Positions 46,330 to 57,299 of a stretch of 64,000 bases of DNA are shown here, one piece after another. Origin of the DNA: Vitrella brassicaformis CCMP3155. Taxonomy: Eukaryota; Protista; Chromerida. The notes beneath the pieces are model-generated. The model saw nothing but the letters and a program-made list of their open reading frames with translations. It was not told the DNA's origin and searched no databases. Positions within the stretch are counted from its first letter, which is position 1, and every line of letters starts with the position of its first letter. A program made the translations under genes and the position numbers. The stretch covers positions 74,543 through 138,542 of the forward strand of contig CDMY01000279.1 in assembly GCA_001179505.1 (NCBI GenBank), in the 5' to 3' direction.

Positions 46330-48531
46330 TTGTTCATCCATGGCGGCACTCGAGAGCTGACAAATCGGGCACACGGCATCGTCCCAGCCGTCGTCGCTCT
46401 ACCCACCAACAGCAACACATGACAAGGTATCACTCTTCCTATCTCTCTGCGTGTCTGTCTGTCTGTCCATCTCTGTCTTTCTGTCAGTGTGTCCCGCTGC
46501 ATACCACGGTCGGTGCGTATCTTTCGATGCACGGGTCGCACATGCGGTGGTTGCACACCAGCATTGCCTGTGGTATACACAGCACACAGCGTCAGTAAAT
46601 CCATCGGTGGACGCCCTGCAACGTGTGGTGCGGTGTGGTGTAGCATCATTCACCTGGGTGTTGCACGTGCTGCAGTCCCCCAGGAAACGAGCGAGAGGGC
46701 CAAACCGCGGCGTCCCAGAGCTACAGACACGCACAGAGGTACCATGAGTGTGCGTGAGAGGTGTGGTGTGTGTTCCTGTCAGGTGTGTACTGGTAGAGTA
46801 TGTCGTAGTGGCCTGGGCGATGCAACAGGGTGATCGTCCTGGTGCCTGGGCGCCTCAGGTGCTTCTCTGGGTACTCCACGATGGCCAGCAACTTGCGGTC
46901 CTGAGTGACGTATAAGACATGCTAAAACAGTAGCATTCTACTTGTTTTCTTCTCACTTACCAGATAAACGATGTCGATGTTGACCCCGAAATGCGCGGCC
47001 GCCGCAGGGGCTACAATTCCCGCCTCAGCGTCCTCATCTGACACACAATACACAGAGAAGAGAAACACCACGCACAGATATCGGCGACTGCACAGACAGA
47101 CAGGTCCACCCCTCCTCCCTCTCTGTGTGTTTCCTCACCCATCGGAAGCACCACGTTGTTGACGAACTCCTCAATACTGACGAAGTTCTCCTCTTCGTTG
47201 TCGGCGGCTGCCGACGATGACGAGTCGGTTTTGGACTCTTGATATGTCTGCCCGCCGGCCTGCACCGGCTGATCGGCGTTGGTACGCAGGTACTTGGCCA
47301 CCACCAAACGCACCATCAGCACTGAACGAACGAATGAAGCGACACAAGCGGATGGAGAGCGCAGACACACCAGACCACACACGCTGAGCCTGCCGGTTGC
47401 TTGGTATGTGTGTGTGTGTGTTTGCGCCTCACTCACCAAGGTCGCGGTCCAGTTGGATGTTGGTCATCAGCTCATGATACCTCTTGTCACCACGAAGGCC
47501 CTGCAAGCTGCCGTACTGACTCGTAAGGCCGTTGGACTGCAGCAGGTCATCGGGGATGCGGAAGAAATTGCGCGCCCGAGAAAAACAATTTCCTGTGTAC
47601 ACAAGACACAGACAATCCCACCTGGTGGATGGATGGATGGATGTGGCCTCACCTTCTCCATAGCCCTTTGCCACCAGCGTGTCGATGTTTCTCCGGTGAT
47701 CCGGGCTGGCCTCGCGGCCCCTCACCTCAGCCCTCTCGGTATTGGTTCCCCCTCCACCACATCTGGCTGCGCCTGCACACCGGTGGCCTTGCCCTGTGGG
47801 TGCGCCCGGACGGCGGCGTCTCGCACGCTGCGTTGGACGGCCGAGGGGGGAGGGAGGGGGGAGAAGGCGAGCGTGAGGGTGAGACAGGGGCTGAGGACGG
47901 GATTTGCGAAGGGGAGACCGACGCCGAGGCCGGGCTCCCCGACGCCGTGGACGGCTGGGCTGGGCTGGTCACCGCCTCTAGTTGCTGATATGTGCAACAC
48001 AAACGAACGAACAAAGCACATGTGTGTTGGGTGTGTGCGCATGAATGGTATACGTATTGAAGAGTTTTGTGCCCTCCTGACACGCAGACAGACAGACAGA
48101 CATGCATGCATCCATGCGCCTCTCCTCCTATCGTGTGGCGCTGTGATGTGACGTCTGTACCAGTAGCTCCTCGCTTCCCTTCCTGACCTGGGCGATTATC
48201 TTCTGGGCCACCTCGATTGCCGTCTTGATCCGAAAGATGGTGGTGAAGATGGCCGAGACCTGCACCGCACAAACCCACACAGAGCCACCCGCATGGTCCT
48301 TAAAGCCGTTCGTCCGTCCGTGCTTACATCTGGATCCTTGTCAAAGATGTTGAGGTTGAGTTCCTTGGCTTTGGTCTCGGCCTGGCTCGAAATCTCCGTC
48401 AACTGCTTCGCCAACCTACACACAAACACACACACACACAGACACACGGACACACAGACATTCCAGTCAGTCACATAGGACAAACGTGTGGATGCGATTT
48501 TTTTCATCGCTGGGTGGCTTCTCACTCACAT
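46330..48531 (-). pseudogene. Otubain-type OTU deubiquitinase (peptidase C65) followed by a C3HC4 RING finger; frameshifted (pseudogene or assembly errors)
   Basis: HRRNIDTLVAKGY, GNCFSRA (Cys codon 47585-47587), LMVRLVVAKYLRTN, SIEEFVNNVVLPMG, AHFGVNIDIVYL and TITLLHRPGHYDILY match otubain. The next exons give CSTC..CNHRMCDPC..VCPIC. At least two frame breaks lie between 47850 and 47650, and the RGD before GNCF is missing. Confidence 0.75.
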
Positions 48532-48732
48532 CTTCTCACGAGCCGGCAGCTACCCACAGCACCCAGACACAGAACTGTCGTGTTTCTGTGCGCGCGCCTG
48601 TGTGTATGTGTTGTGTGTAAGAGGCGTGAACCGGGAAGTAGCGGCCGTCTCCGTCGAGAGGGGAGGGTTGGGAAAGGCCGGGGCGAGCCACACACGACAA
48701 AAACCAGCCGACAAGACGACAAACAGAGGAGA

Positions 48733-49896
48733 ATGGAAGGAATGCGAGGGAAAAAAAAGCTTAACGGTAGGGTTTCGCGTTTGTCTCGAAAATTCTCGCC
48801 GCATACGTCTGGAAAAAGTGAATCTCACCGCCGTCGTTGATGAAGACGATGGAGACGACAACGCTCAGGAGAGCACCGGTGAGACCGAGCTCGAGAAGGT
48901 CGAGAAGGTGATCAGACAGGAGCGCCAGGTGGCTGAAGGTGAGCCTCGCTCAATTGCATGCCAAATTTGTTGCATACACGCAGGCAGAGAGGGGGCACAG
49001 GTAGCCAGACAGATGGGCAGTCAGCTGCGTGGGAGGGAGGGATGCGTGTGTGTGATGGCACTGCACATGCCTGGCCTCAATTGGTGTTGGTTCTGTGGGT
49101 GGGGTGTTGCAGAGCTGGCCCGTTACGACCGCGGGCAGCTGTTTGAGCTGTGGGAGGAGAAGGAGTACCTGAAGGGTAGGCCCCAACACCGGCATACCTC
49201 CCTGTCAGTCGCTGTCAGTTCTTTATGTGGTGTCTGGCTGTGTGTGGTCCACGGCGTGCAGGCCTTGTGAATAAGTGGAGGCAGAGGCAGCAGGCGGACG
49301 CAGAGAGACTGAATAAGGCTCTCAACAACATGGAGAAGGCCAAATCGAACCAGGTGCATACACGAATATGGCTTGTCGGCATGTCGGCGGGCAGATCTAG
49401 ATCTCCTTTCTGTCTGCGTGCTTGTGTGTGATGTTGTGAGTACAGGAAATACTCGTCGCCGCTGCCGCCAAACTGGAGGTCAGTGGCTGAGCCCCCCTCT
49501 CCCCCTACACCCAGACACACAAAGAGACAAAGCGAGCGATCGAGCGAAGACTCTTTCCCTTTTTCTTTCTGCGGCTCACAGGAGGAGAAGGAGGAGCTAG
49601 AGAAGGAAAACGCCGCGCTGAAGGCCACGATAGCCAAGCTGCAGCAGGTACACATGCGTACTGCACAGACCCACACATGCTGGGAGAGAGACAGAGGGGT
49701 GGGGGGGCACAACACACGCAGCCACCACCTCTATATGTGGGGTGTGTGTACAGGCGCAGTTGTCAAGCGCGGCTGATGATGGGGGTGCCGCGGACGTGGA
49801 GGTACGCGTGCGTATATGATATGGGTGGCTGCGGTTATGCATGCAGCTTCTCTTCCCTCTGTGTGTGTATGGCAGGACGAGTCGGCCGAGACGTAG
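48733..49896 (+). CDS. Small multi-exon coiled-coil hypothetical protein
   Basis: About eight short GT-AG exons in a consistent frame: ...ETELEKVEKVIRQERQVAE|LARYDRGQLFELWEEKEYLK|LVNKWRQRQQADAERLNKAL...|EEKEELEKENAALKATIAKLQQ|...DESAET*. The start codon is uncertain. Confidence 0.6.
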
Positions 49897-50427
49897 ACAG
49901 AACACCCAGTCGGACACACACACACATTTCATTGATCCATCCATACATGTACGTAGCTAAAAGGGGGAGGAGAGGGGCATCCCATCCGACGACATCACAT
50001 CACACACGAAAGACAGACCGATAGAATGCAGACGCACCGTGACGCGCCTTTTTTTCTCTTGACCCACCCACCCACCCACCCACCGACCCACCCACCGACA
50101 AACTACCGACAGACAGATGTATTTGCACTTCCTTGTTTTTCCTTGGTTCATTTATGGATCGATGCACTGGATGGACGTTGATTTATTGCCTAGGACGCTT
50201 CCGCCTGCACATTTGTCTGTCCGCCCGGCTGCTAAGTTGGCTGTCTTGCTTTGTGTGGTTTGTGTGTGTGTGTGTGTATGTGTGATTGTGTGTACAGCTG
50301 TCTGTCTGTCCGTCCGTGGAAAGCGTTGTGTATAATGGATGTATTGTTGGCTGGCTGACTGATGTGCATGGCAAGAGACCTGCCTCCATCCCTCGGTGTG
50401 TGTATATAAATTTCAAGGAGACGTCAG

Positions 50428-50684
50428 TCACAGGTGCACATCCGTCCAGCACAAGCACCCCTGCAAATCAATACCCATGCAAACAGGGCACGCTCACATC
50501 CTGACTGACATCCCATTTCCACCTTTCGGTGAATGAATACCTTTCAGGCATTCCCCTCCAGCTCTCAAACACGCACTCACCAGAGTACCACTGGAAGAGA
50601 GTGAGTGACTGAGACAGAGAGCTGCGTGTGTACACTGGCCAGTCTGTGTTGGGGTGATACCCATGCAAGAAGGGAGAGTCGCAG
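50428..50684 (-). other. Three exon-like segments of an unassigned small gene or pseudogene
   Basis: Canonical splice sites join CDSPFLHGYHPNTDWP|WYSGECVFESWRGMPERYSFTERWKWDVSQD|GCLCWTDVHL*. No convincing start was found. Confidence 0.25.
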
Positions 50685-51102
50685 CTGGGGTGCGTGTGAG
50701 TGACTGTCTTGGCTCTCCGTTGTGCTCTATCCCCTCAGTTCCCTTGTTGCAATGCGGCGAGTGAGCGGAGCAATCGTTCGTTGAGTATTCGTCTAGGGTA
50801 CATGGACGTGTGCGCGTCTGCCGTGCCTGCGGCGACATTCCCGTGGATACACACGCTGTCGTTTGAGTCACGCTGTCGTTTGAGTCACTTTGTTGATAAA
50901 TGACCACACACATGCACTCACTATAGTGTCTCTCTGTCTGCCTGTCTGTCCAGAAGGTATACCTGCCGTACGCAGACGTACGTCTGGCATGTCTGTCTAC
51001 ACTATGTAGGTGGGGTGGGTGGCTACAGCTTGCGTCCCCACGCCACGGGACACCCCCACCAGCCCAGCCAGCCCCAGGCATGACATACGTACGTACATCA
51101 AA

Positions 51103-53496
51103 TCACGCCTCCTGTTCCTGTTCGGCCTTGCCATTGGTGGCCTCCTGCTCAGACCGACCCTTCTTCTTGGCCTTCTTCGGATTAGCTGACGTCTGACACA
51201 CACAAGTAGATTAGATAGAGAGGACCCGCCCGTGAGCTGTGCATGGTGGGTGATTCGTTGACGCAATGGGTGCGTGGGTGCGTACAGCAAGGATCTTCTT
51301 GAGGTCCTCATCCTGCACTGTGAACTCCGACTGGATCTGAGAATCCTGGCCGAGCGCCAGACCTGCAAAACATACATGCGCACAGGCCCGCAAAGGTCGG
51401 TCGAGACCATGAACTGCATGTGCTGGCCTGCCTCGACACACCCAGCCACTGACCAGTAATCTTCTTGGTTCCGCCTGGCAGGAGCAGCAGAGTGAATTTA
51501 AACTGGGCAACGTACTCACCCTGATCAATGAATGATAGACAGAGAGACAGACAAATGGCATACGGCTGGCTGCAGGTAGGTGTGCGTGCTGCGATAGCTC
51601 TCTCATATTGGTTTACTCACGGACCTGTTTCTCGCAGAGGACGGGGTATGGATGGAGCAGCTCGTGGCGCATGCACTCCGACACGCCCACACGCATCGCC
51701 TGAACGAATGACCCACACACACAGACACAGATAGCACCCAGGAGTGGACATATGCTCCGTGTGCAGTGTGGGCAATTTACTCGCTCATCCTCGACAGATC
51801 GGATGTTGAACGGCAGCGTCGGAAACCCTGCAGACCGACCGACCCACACAACAAACAAGGCAAACCCACAGATGCTGCAGTGGGGCATCTGCTCGCTCGT
51901 CTTTGGCGAGTCTTACTTCTGTTGACCTGCAAGTACAACACAAAAACACACGTGTTGTTTGTGCGACGTGTAGAGAACAGCGTCAATCATCTATCTCTTT
52001 CACCTCTGCCAGGAATGACCGCGCGAGCTGTGTCTTGAGGCCGTAGTTGGTCTCCACTGCCCTCTTATAGATGGTCGTCTTGTGCTCCGACTACACGCAC
52101 AGCTCCGCGTCCAACACAAAATGATGCATTTGCGCGTGTGTGTGTGTGGAGGTTGGTTGCTTGCTTACTTCCTTTGGTTTGCCCTCGCCGGTGGACATGA
52201 CGATGTCGATGCCGTACACTTCATTCATGCCAAACTCGAACTCATCGACCTGTGTGCACACATTCAGGGGCAGACAGACATGCAGCCGCCCCACGCATCG
52301 CATGAATCTGTCAAGAGAGGCGACTGACTTTTGTGGCTGTCTGGCAGAAGCTGACCTTTTCCTCGGGGAGTTCCTTTGCGATGATGACCTGGTTGCCGTC
52401 AATCACGTGGCGCTTCATCTGATGCGATAGGTTCCCTGCCACACAAACCAATCACATGAAGCCACACAGGCGACTCCCTCCCTGCCCCTCTCTCGCTGCT
52501 CGCTGCCTGCCTGCCTGCCTCCTGCGTGAGAGTGTGTGTGTCCCAAGGTACATACACACATACAAACCTTGCATGGGAGAGCACTGGAACTCGCTGGCGG
52601 CCTTGTTGATGACGGCGGTGACGTCGGTGTTCTTGTTGCCCACCTTGACCTTCCGCAGCGCCGCCTCGGCCGCCGTCCAGGCAGCCCGCAGCACATCGGC
52701 CTTCCTGCCCGTCACGGCAGACCCCTCCCCATTCGACTCGTCGCCCTCTGCAGGGCCGACCACCACTGTGTGGGCAGCCACACAGATGTAGCCGTCGATG
52801 TGACCCCCCATGTCACTGCACGACGACACACACACATGCAAACAGAGAAGAAGAGGACCAAATGAGATGGTTGCCTAAGTGGCTTTCCAGCAAGGGTACG
52901 TATGCAGGATGCGTACACTTTGGCGAGGTCTCCCTTCTGCAGTGTGTACGAGTCGCCCGGGAGTGGCGAAAAGTGTCCGGACACCTCGTTGACAGAGATG
53001 CAGGTCGGGAAGGCCAGACCCTTCTCAACCTAACACACAAAGCGGCAACACATGCGACGGGCCGGTTGAATCGCAAGTCATCGCAGACAGTGGATCAGAG
53101 TGTGTGACCTTCTTCTTGCCGCCCTTCTTGGCATTGTAGAGCCCCGCCGTCTTGTCCTCTATGAAGGAGTCTCCCAACCGACATAGCTCGAGCACATCCG
53201 CACCCTCCACACACTTGGACACCACGCTCTCCAGCGCGGCATTCACGATGTCCCCTACCGTCCTGTACTTACTGCACACACCAACAGCACACACAACACA
53301 CACACACACGCACACACGACGTAGATCTGCCGTGATGCACGTGCCAATCTGGCCTGCCATTTGTCCCATCCCCTCCCGTGCAGTTGTGCCTTGCTTGTGG
53401 TGCACTTGACTTGACTCACGTGGTGACATCAGGGTTGGCTAGCGATGTGTCCTCAGGCGCCTCATCAGCAGGGGTCGCATCCTCAGCATGATCCAT
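51103..53496 (-). CDS. PA2G4: Proliferation-associated 2G4 / EBP1 (M24-fold, ribosome exit-tunnel factor)
   Basis: KYRTVGDIVN, HFSPL, DMGGHIDGYI, GRKADVLRAAWTAAEAALR, EVYGIDIVMSTGEGK, TTIYKR, FPTLPF, ECMRHELLHPYPVL and GEYVAQFKFTLLLLPGG. Confidence 0.95.
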
Positions 53497-53583
53497 TGTT
53501 ATCGCGGAACGCTTGCGGCGGCCGACACAGCAGGGATTTCTGAACACCTCAAGAAAGATGCGGAAAGGGGACTTAATCAATGC

Positions 53584-53593
53584 TAAGCTCGCG
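53584..53593 (-). promoter_or_regulatory. Candidate promoter motif CGCGAGCTTA in the PA2G4/AP3D1 divergent spacer
   Basis: + strand reads TAAGCTCGCG. Confidence 0.45.
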
Positions 53594-53707
53594 CGTTAGG
53601 GCGGTAAAAGATCGTGCGGTGAGGATCTGTGAAGCGAAGCAGATCTGCTGAAGTGGATGAAAAGCGAGTCGTGCTCGAGTCTCATCTTGCTGCGTTGAGT
53701 GGATGAC

Positions 53708-56700
53708 ATGTTTTCCACAAAGTCCCTGCACAACCTCGTGCGAGGCCTGCGAGCAGCCAAGTAAGATGGTCGCACGAAGGAGCAATCACGTGGCTGGCTT
53801 GTGTGGATGTGTGTGTGTGTGTGGATGTGTGTGTGTGTGTGTGTGTGGATATGGCTGCCACCCACCCAGGGGTGATGAGTCGCAGTACATATCTCAGTGT
53901 GTGGAGGAGTGCAAGCGCGAGGCGCGGTCCAAGAACCTGCAGGTCAAGTCGACGGCGGTACTCAAGCTGGCCTACCTCCAGATGCTCAACTACGACATGA
54001 GCTGGGCGTGCTTTGCCGTCGTCGAGGTCATGAGCCACTCCAAATACACCGTCAAGCGACCCGCATACCTGGCATGCTCCATCGTCTTTGATGACGACAC
54101 CGACGTTTCGCTGCTGACCACCAACCTGTTCAAGAAGGACCTCACCAGCAAAGAGCAATTCGAGACCGGCTTGGCCCTCAACTGCATCGCATGCATGGCC
54201 TCACCTGAAATCGCCAGAGGTCAGCCACAGACAGACACCACGTGAAGCAAGCAATCACGCAAGCTTTGACTGACTGTGCGTGTGAGTGGTGTTGTACGCA
54301 TGTGTGTGTGCATGTAACTGTCTAGATTTGTCTCCTGACCTGGTGGGTCTACTGACGTCGTCCCGTCCGTATGTGCGTAAGAAGGCGGTGCTGTGCATGT
54401 ACAAGGTGTTCTACAAGTACCCGCCGGCGCTGCGGTCGTCCTTCGGTCGGCTCCGTGAGAGGCTGGGCGACGACGACCAGGGTGTGCTGACTAGTGTCAT
54501 TAACACACTACTGGAGCTGGCCAGGAAGAACGCCAAGAACTACCTCAGTCTGGTGCCGCAGCTCTATCACATCCTCACCAACACGACCAACAACTGGCTC
54601 ATCATCAAGATGCTCAAGCTCTTCCAGCTCCTCTGCCCACTCGAGCCCCGCCTGCCGCCCAAACTGCTCGAGCCACTCACCCTCATCCTCACACAAACCA
54701 AGGCCAAGTCAGTCGAGTACGAGGCCATCCGACTCATCCTCCGCGTCATGCCCAGCGACATACAACTCGTCAAGACCGCCATTGACAGACTAAGAAACTT
54801 CGTCGACTCCGTTGACAAGGTCGGCCGACTTGATTAGGGGACCAAGGAGCCCACACACACAGACAGACTTATACCTTTACAGGTATGTGTCTTCCCCTGT
54901 GTGTTTCTGTGACATCCAGAATCTTCGGTACCTCGGTTTCACCCTGCTGTCCGAGGTCCTCGCGCACGCGTCGCCATCAGTCAGGCCCGCGATTGGGGCC
55001 GATGCTGTCAACGGCACTGCAGGCGAAGAGCAGCCACTACAGGCGGCCGGCAGCAGCGATGACAGCACGAGCACGAGGCGGCACAGGAAACAAGTCGAGG
55101 CTCTCTTCCCTGACCTCCACCAAAAGGTGAAGGAATGAGCCGACGGACGACAGGTAAGTACAGCATCTGGCTCTCTTGTGTATGCGTTAGGTGTTGGAGT
55201 TTGTGGAGGACAGCGATGCGTCGCTGCGGTCTGTGGCGCTATGGCTGCTCAACGAAATCGCCACCCCACAGACCTTCCCTGACATCGTGCGCCGCCTGCT
55301 GCGGTTCACCAGACAGAACCCCGCTTCACAAGACTTCCTTCGGAGCATACTCGCAATGGGCAAAAAGTAGCCATACCAAGCCCACCACACGTCCCACCAC
55401 ACGCCTAAGAGTGGGCCCTCTATGTGCAGGTCCAACTACGAGTTGGTGGGGGATTACGCGTGGTATCTGGTGGTCTTGGCCGACATTGCCAAGAACCGCA
55501 CCACATCACCAGCCTCTCACCACCATTTCGCTGCGTCGTCGGCCGTCAAGTCCCCTGCAGAAGAGGTGGCGCACCAACTCATCGACGTCGCTGTGCGCGT
55601 ACCTAGCGTCAGGTATGGCCAGGCGCACACAGAACAGCTGACTGGACAAACAGATACCTCACTCAACACGTGGTCCGTGTGGTTTCTCCTTTGTACGTGG
55701 TTGTGTGTAGGAAGTATGCAGTCCAGTTGGGTTGTTTGATGATAGATGCGAGCGATCTCAGTGGCGACGCGGTGCATGGCATGCTCCAGGCAGCACAAGA
55801 CCACCCACTGCATGACGCCGACGATGGACGTGAGGGCCAGGGGCCAACGCAGCCGCAACACCTGGACGGCATCGTGGCCGACTCACAGCCACCAATCCCA
55901 GAGGGCGCCCCACCTTCAGACGATTTGATCGACCTACCCCCAGTTTCCGAAGCATTTGTGTCGTACGGCAACATCGCCATTAGCGCGCGGTCGGGCAGCA
56001 GCACCCTGCTGGCGCCACCGTCCGCACCAGCCCCATCAGCATCATCCTTGAGTGTGGATCATGGCAGGGACCCACCACTGCCAAGAAAGCGACGGGATAA
56101 CGAGCACCCGCGAGTGAAGCCTCCGAATACGGGGGGCTTGGCGTTGGTCGAGGGCAAGAGCCTTGGCATAGCGCCCAGTGTCGTGGGAGCCTCGGCATGG
56201 ATGCTCGGTAGGCACCCACGCAGACAGGCAGGCCGTGCAAGGGCTCGCCCTGTATTCGGTTGCTTGCTGCTCTGATTCAGGTGAGTTTCACCGCCATCTC
56301 GACCCCAATGGTTCCACCCGCTCATTCAACGAGGCATTCACGTCATTGCTCGATGTACAGGCACACCTCACACCCAGTCAGTCAACCCAGAGGCGCATCC
56401 CATCAGCTGCCAATCTGTCTGTCTGTCTGTCTGTCTGCATCTCGGCGCATGTGGTCGCAGATAGCGTCATGTCCCACCCAGCTACCGCCCCAGGTGCAGC
56501 AGCTGTGTCTCTGGTCGGCCCTTAAGGTGCTCACGGGAGCCACCAGGGGAGACACACAAACCGAGATTAACGAATACATCAAACTCAGGGTCAGCACCCA
56601 CGTCAACAGAATGCCCCCCACCGAATGTCGTTACTGGTGCCTCAGGCTTTGATCGAGCGTCATCTGCCATCATTTATATCCAGCCCTCACGTGGAGGTAT

Positions 56701-57058
56701 CCACATTAAATAAGGGAGAGATAGAGAAGGGCTATCACACACGTAGAATTGTCAGCGATAGTGGGTGTAAAGCTTACCTGCATATCGCTGGGCCCAGGTC
56801 AGCGAGAGGTCTGCCTTCGCGTATTTTCTTGTGGACTACTTCAGCGGTGACGCCGAGGGCCTCCGCACAACGGCCTGCCTTCAGCATGACGACCTCTACC
56901 CAGTGGACACGCGCGACCAACCCAAGGTGTGGGAGGAGGGACGCTGAATTCTGTTGAGTGTCATCATCACAGCCCCTTGCTATTGGTGGGTGCAGGTCAG
57001 CGCATCGGAGGGGCTGGACCTGCGGACCCCATTCTTCACCACCGCGGCCGCCTCGTAG
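53708..57058 (+). CDS. AP3D1: AP-3 complex subunit delta (adaptin trunk only)
   Basis: MFSTKSLHNLVRGLR, KSTAVLKLAYLQM, LLTTNLFKKDL, SSRPYVRKKAV, NNWLIIKMLKLF, NLRYLG, NYELVGDYAWY, AWMLGEF and terminal LYPVDTRDQPK|VSASEGLDL...*. TAG at 57056-57058. Confidence 0.93.
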
Positions 57059-57299
57059 TGAAGACACCGCGTTTCATACATCAAAATACAGCGGCATGCG
57101 CCCTGTATCTTTCAGTAATCGTGGCTGCTAGCGGACTCCATCATGTACTTGCGTTGGATTATAGAGTAGACGTGCCGGGCTTATCGACTTCGAACATTCC
57201 ACGAAAAGCCCGGCTGCAAACTTATGGAATGACTCACCGACGTGACCCTTTCCTCCGTGTCGCCCATATCACAATTGCTCTCTTGTGTCTTTGCCTGAG

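Noticed and set aside
46840-46915. RKLLAIVEYPEKHL looked like kinase subdomain V (LYLVFEY)
   Set aside because: The same exon continues in frame into TITLLHRPGHYDILY, the otubain C-terminal motif, so it belongs to the OTU domain.
57174-57214. 9-bp inverted repeat GCCGGGCTT/AAGCCCGGC with a 23-nt loop; the start resembles the 5' end of SRP RNA
   Set aside because: The similarity does not extend, and no tRNA, snRNA or SRP features were recognised around it.
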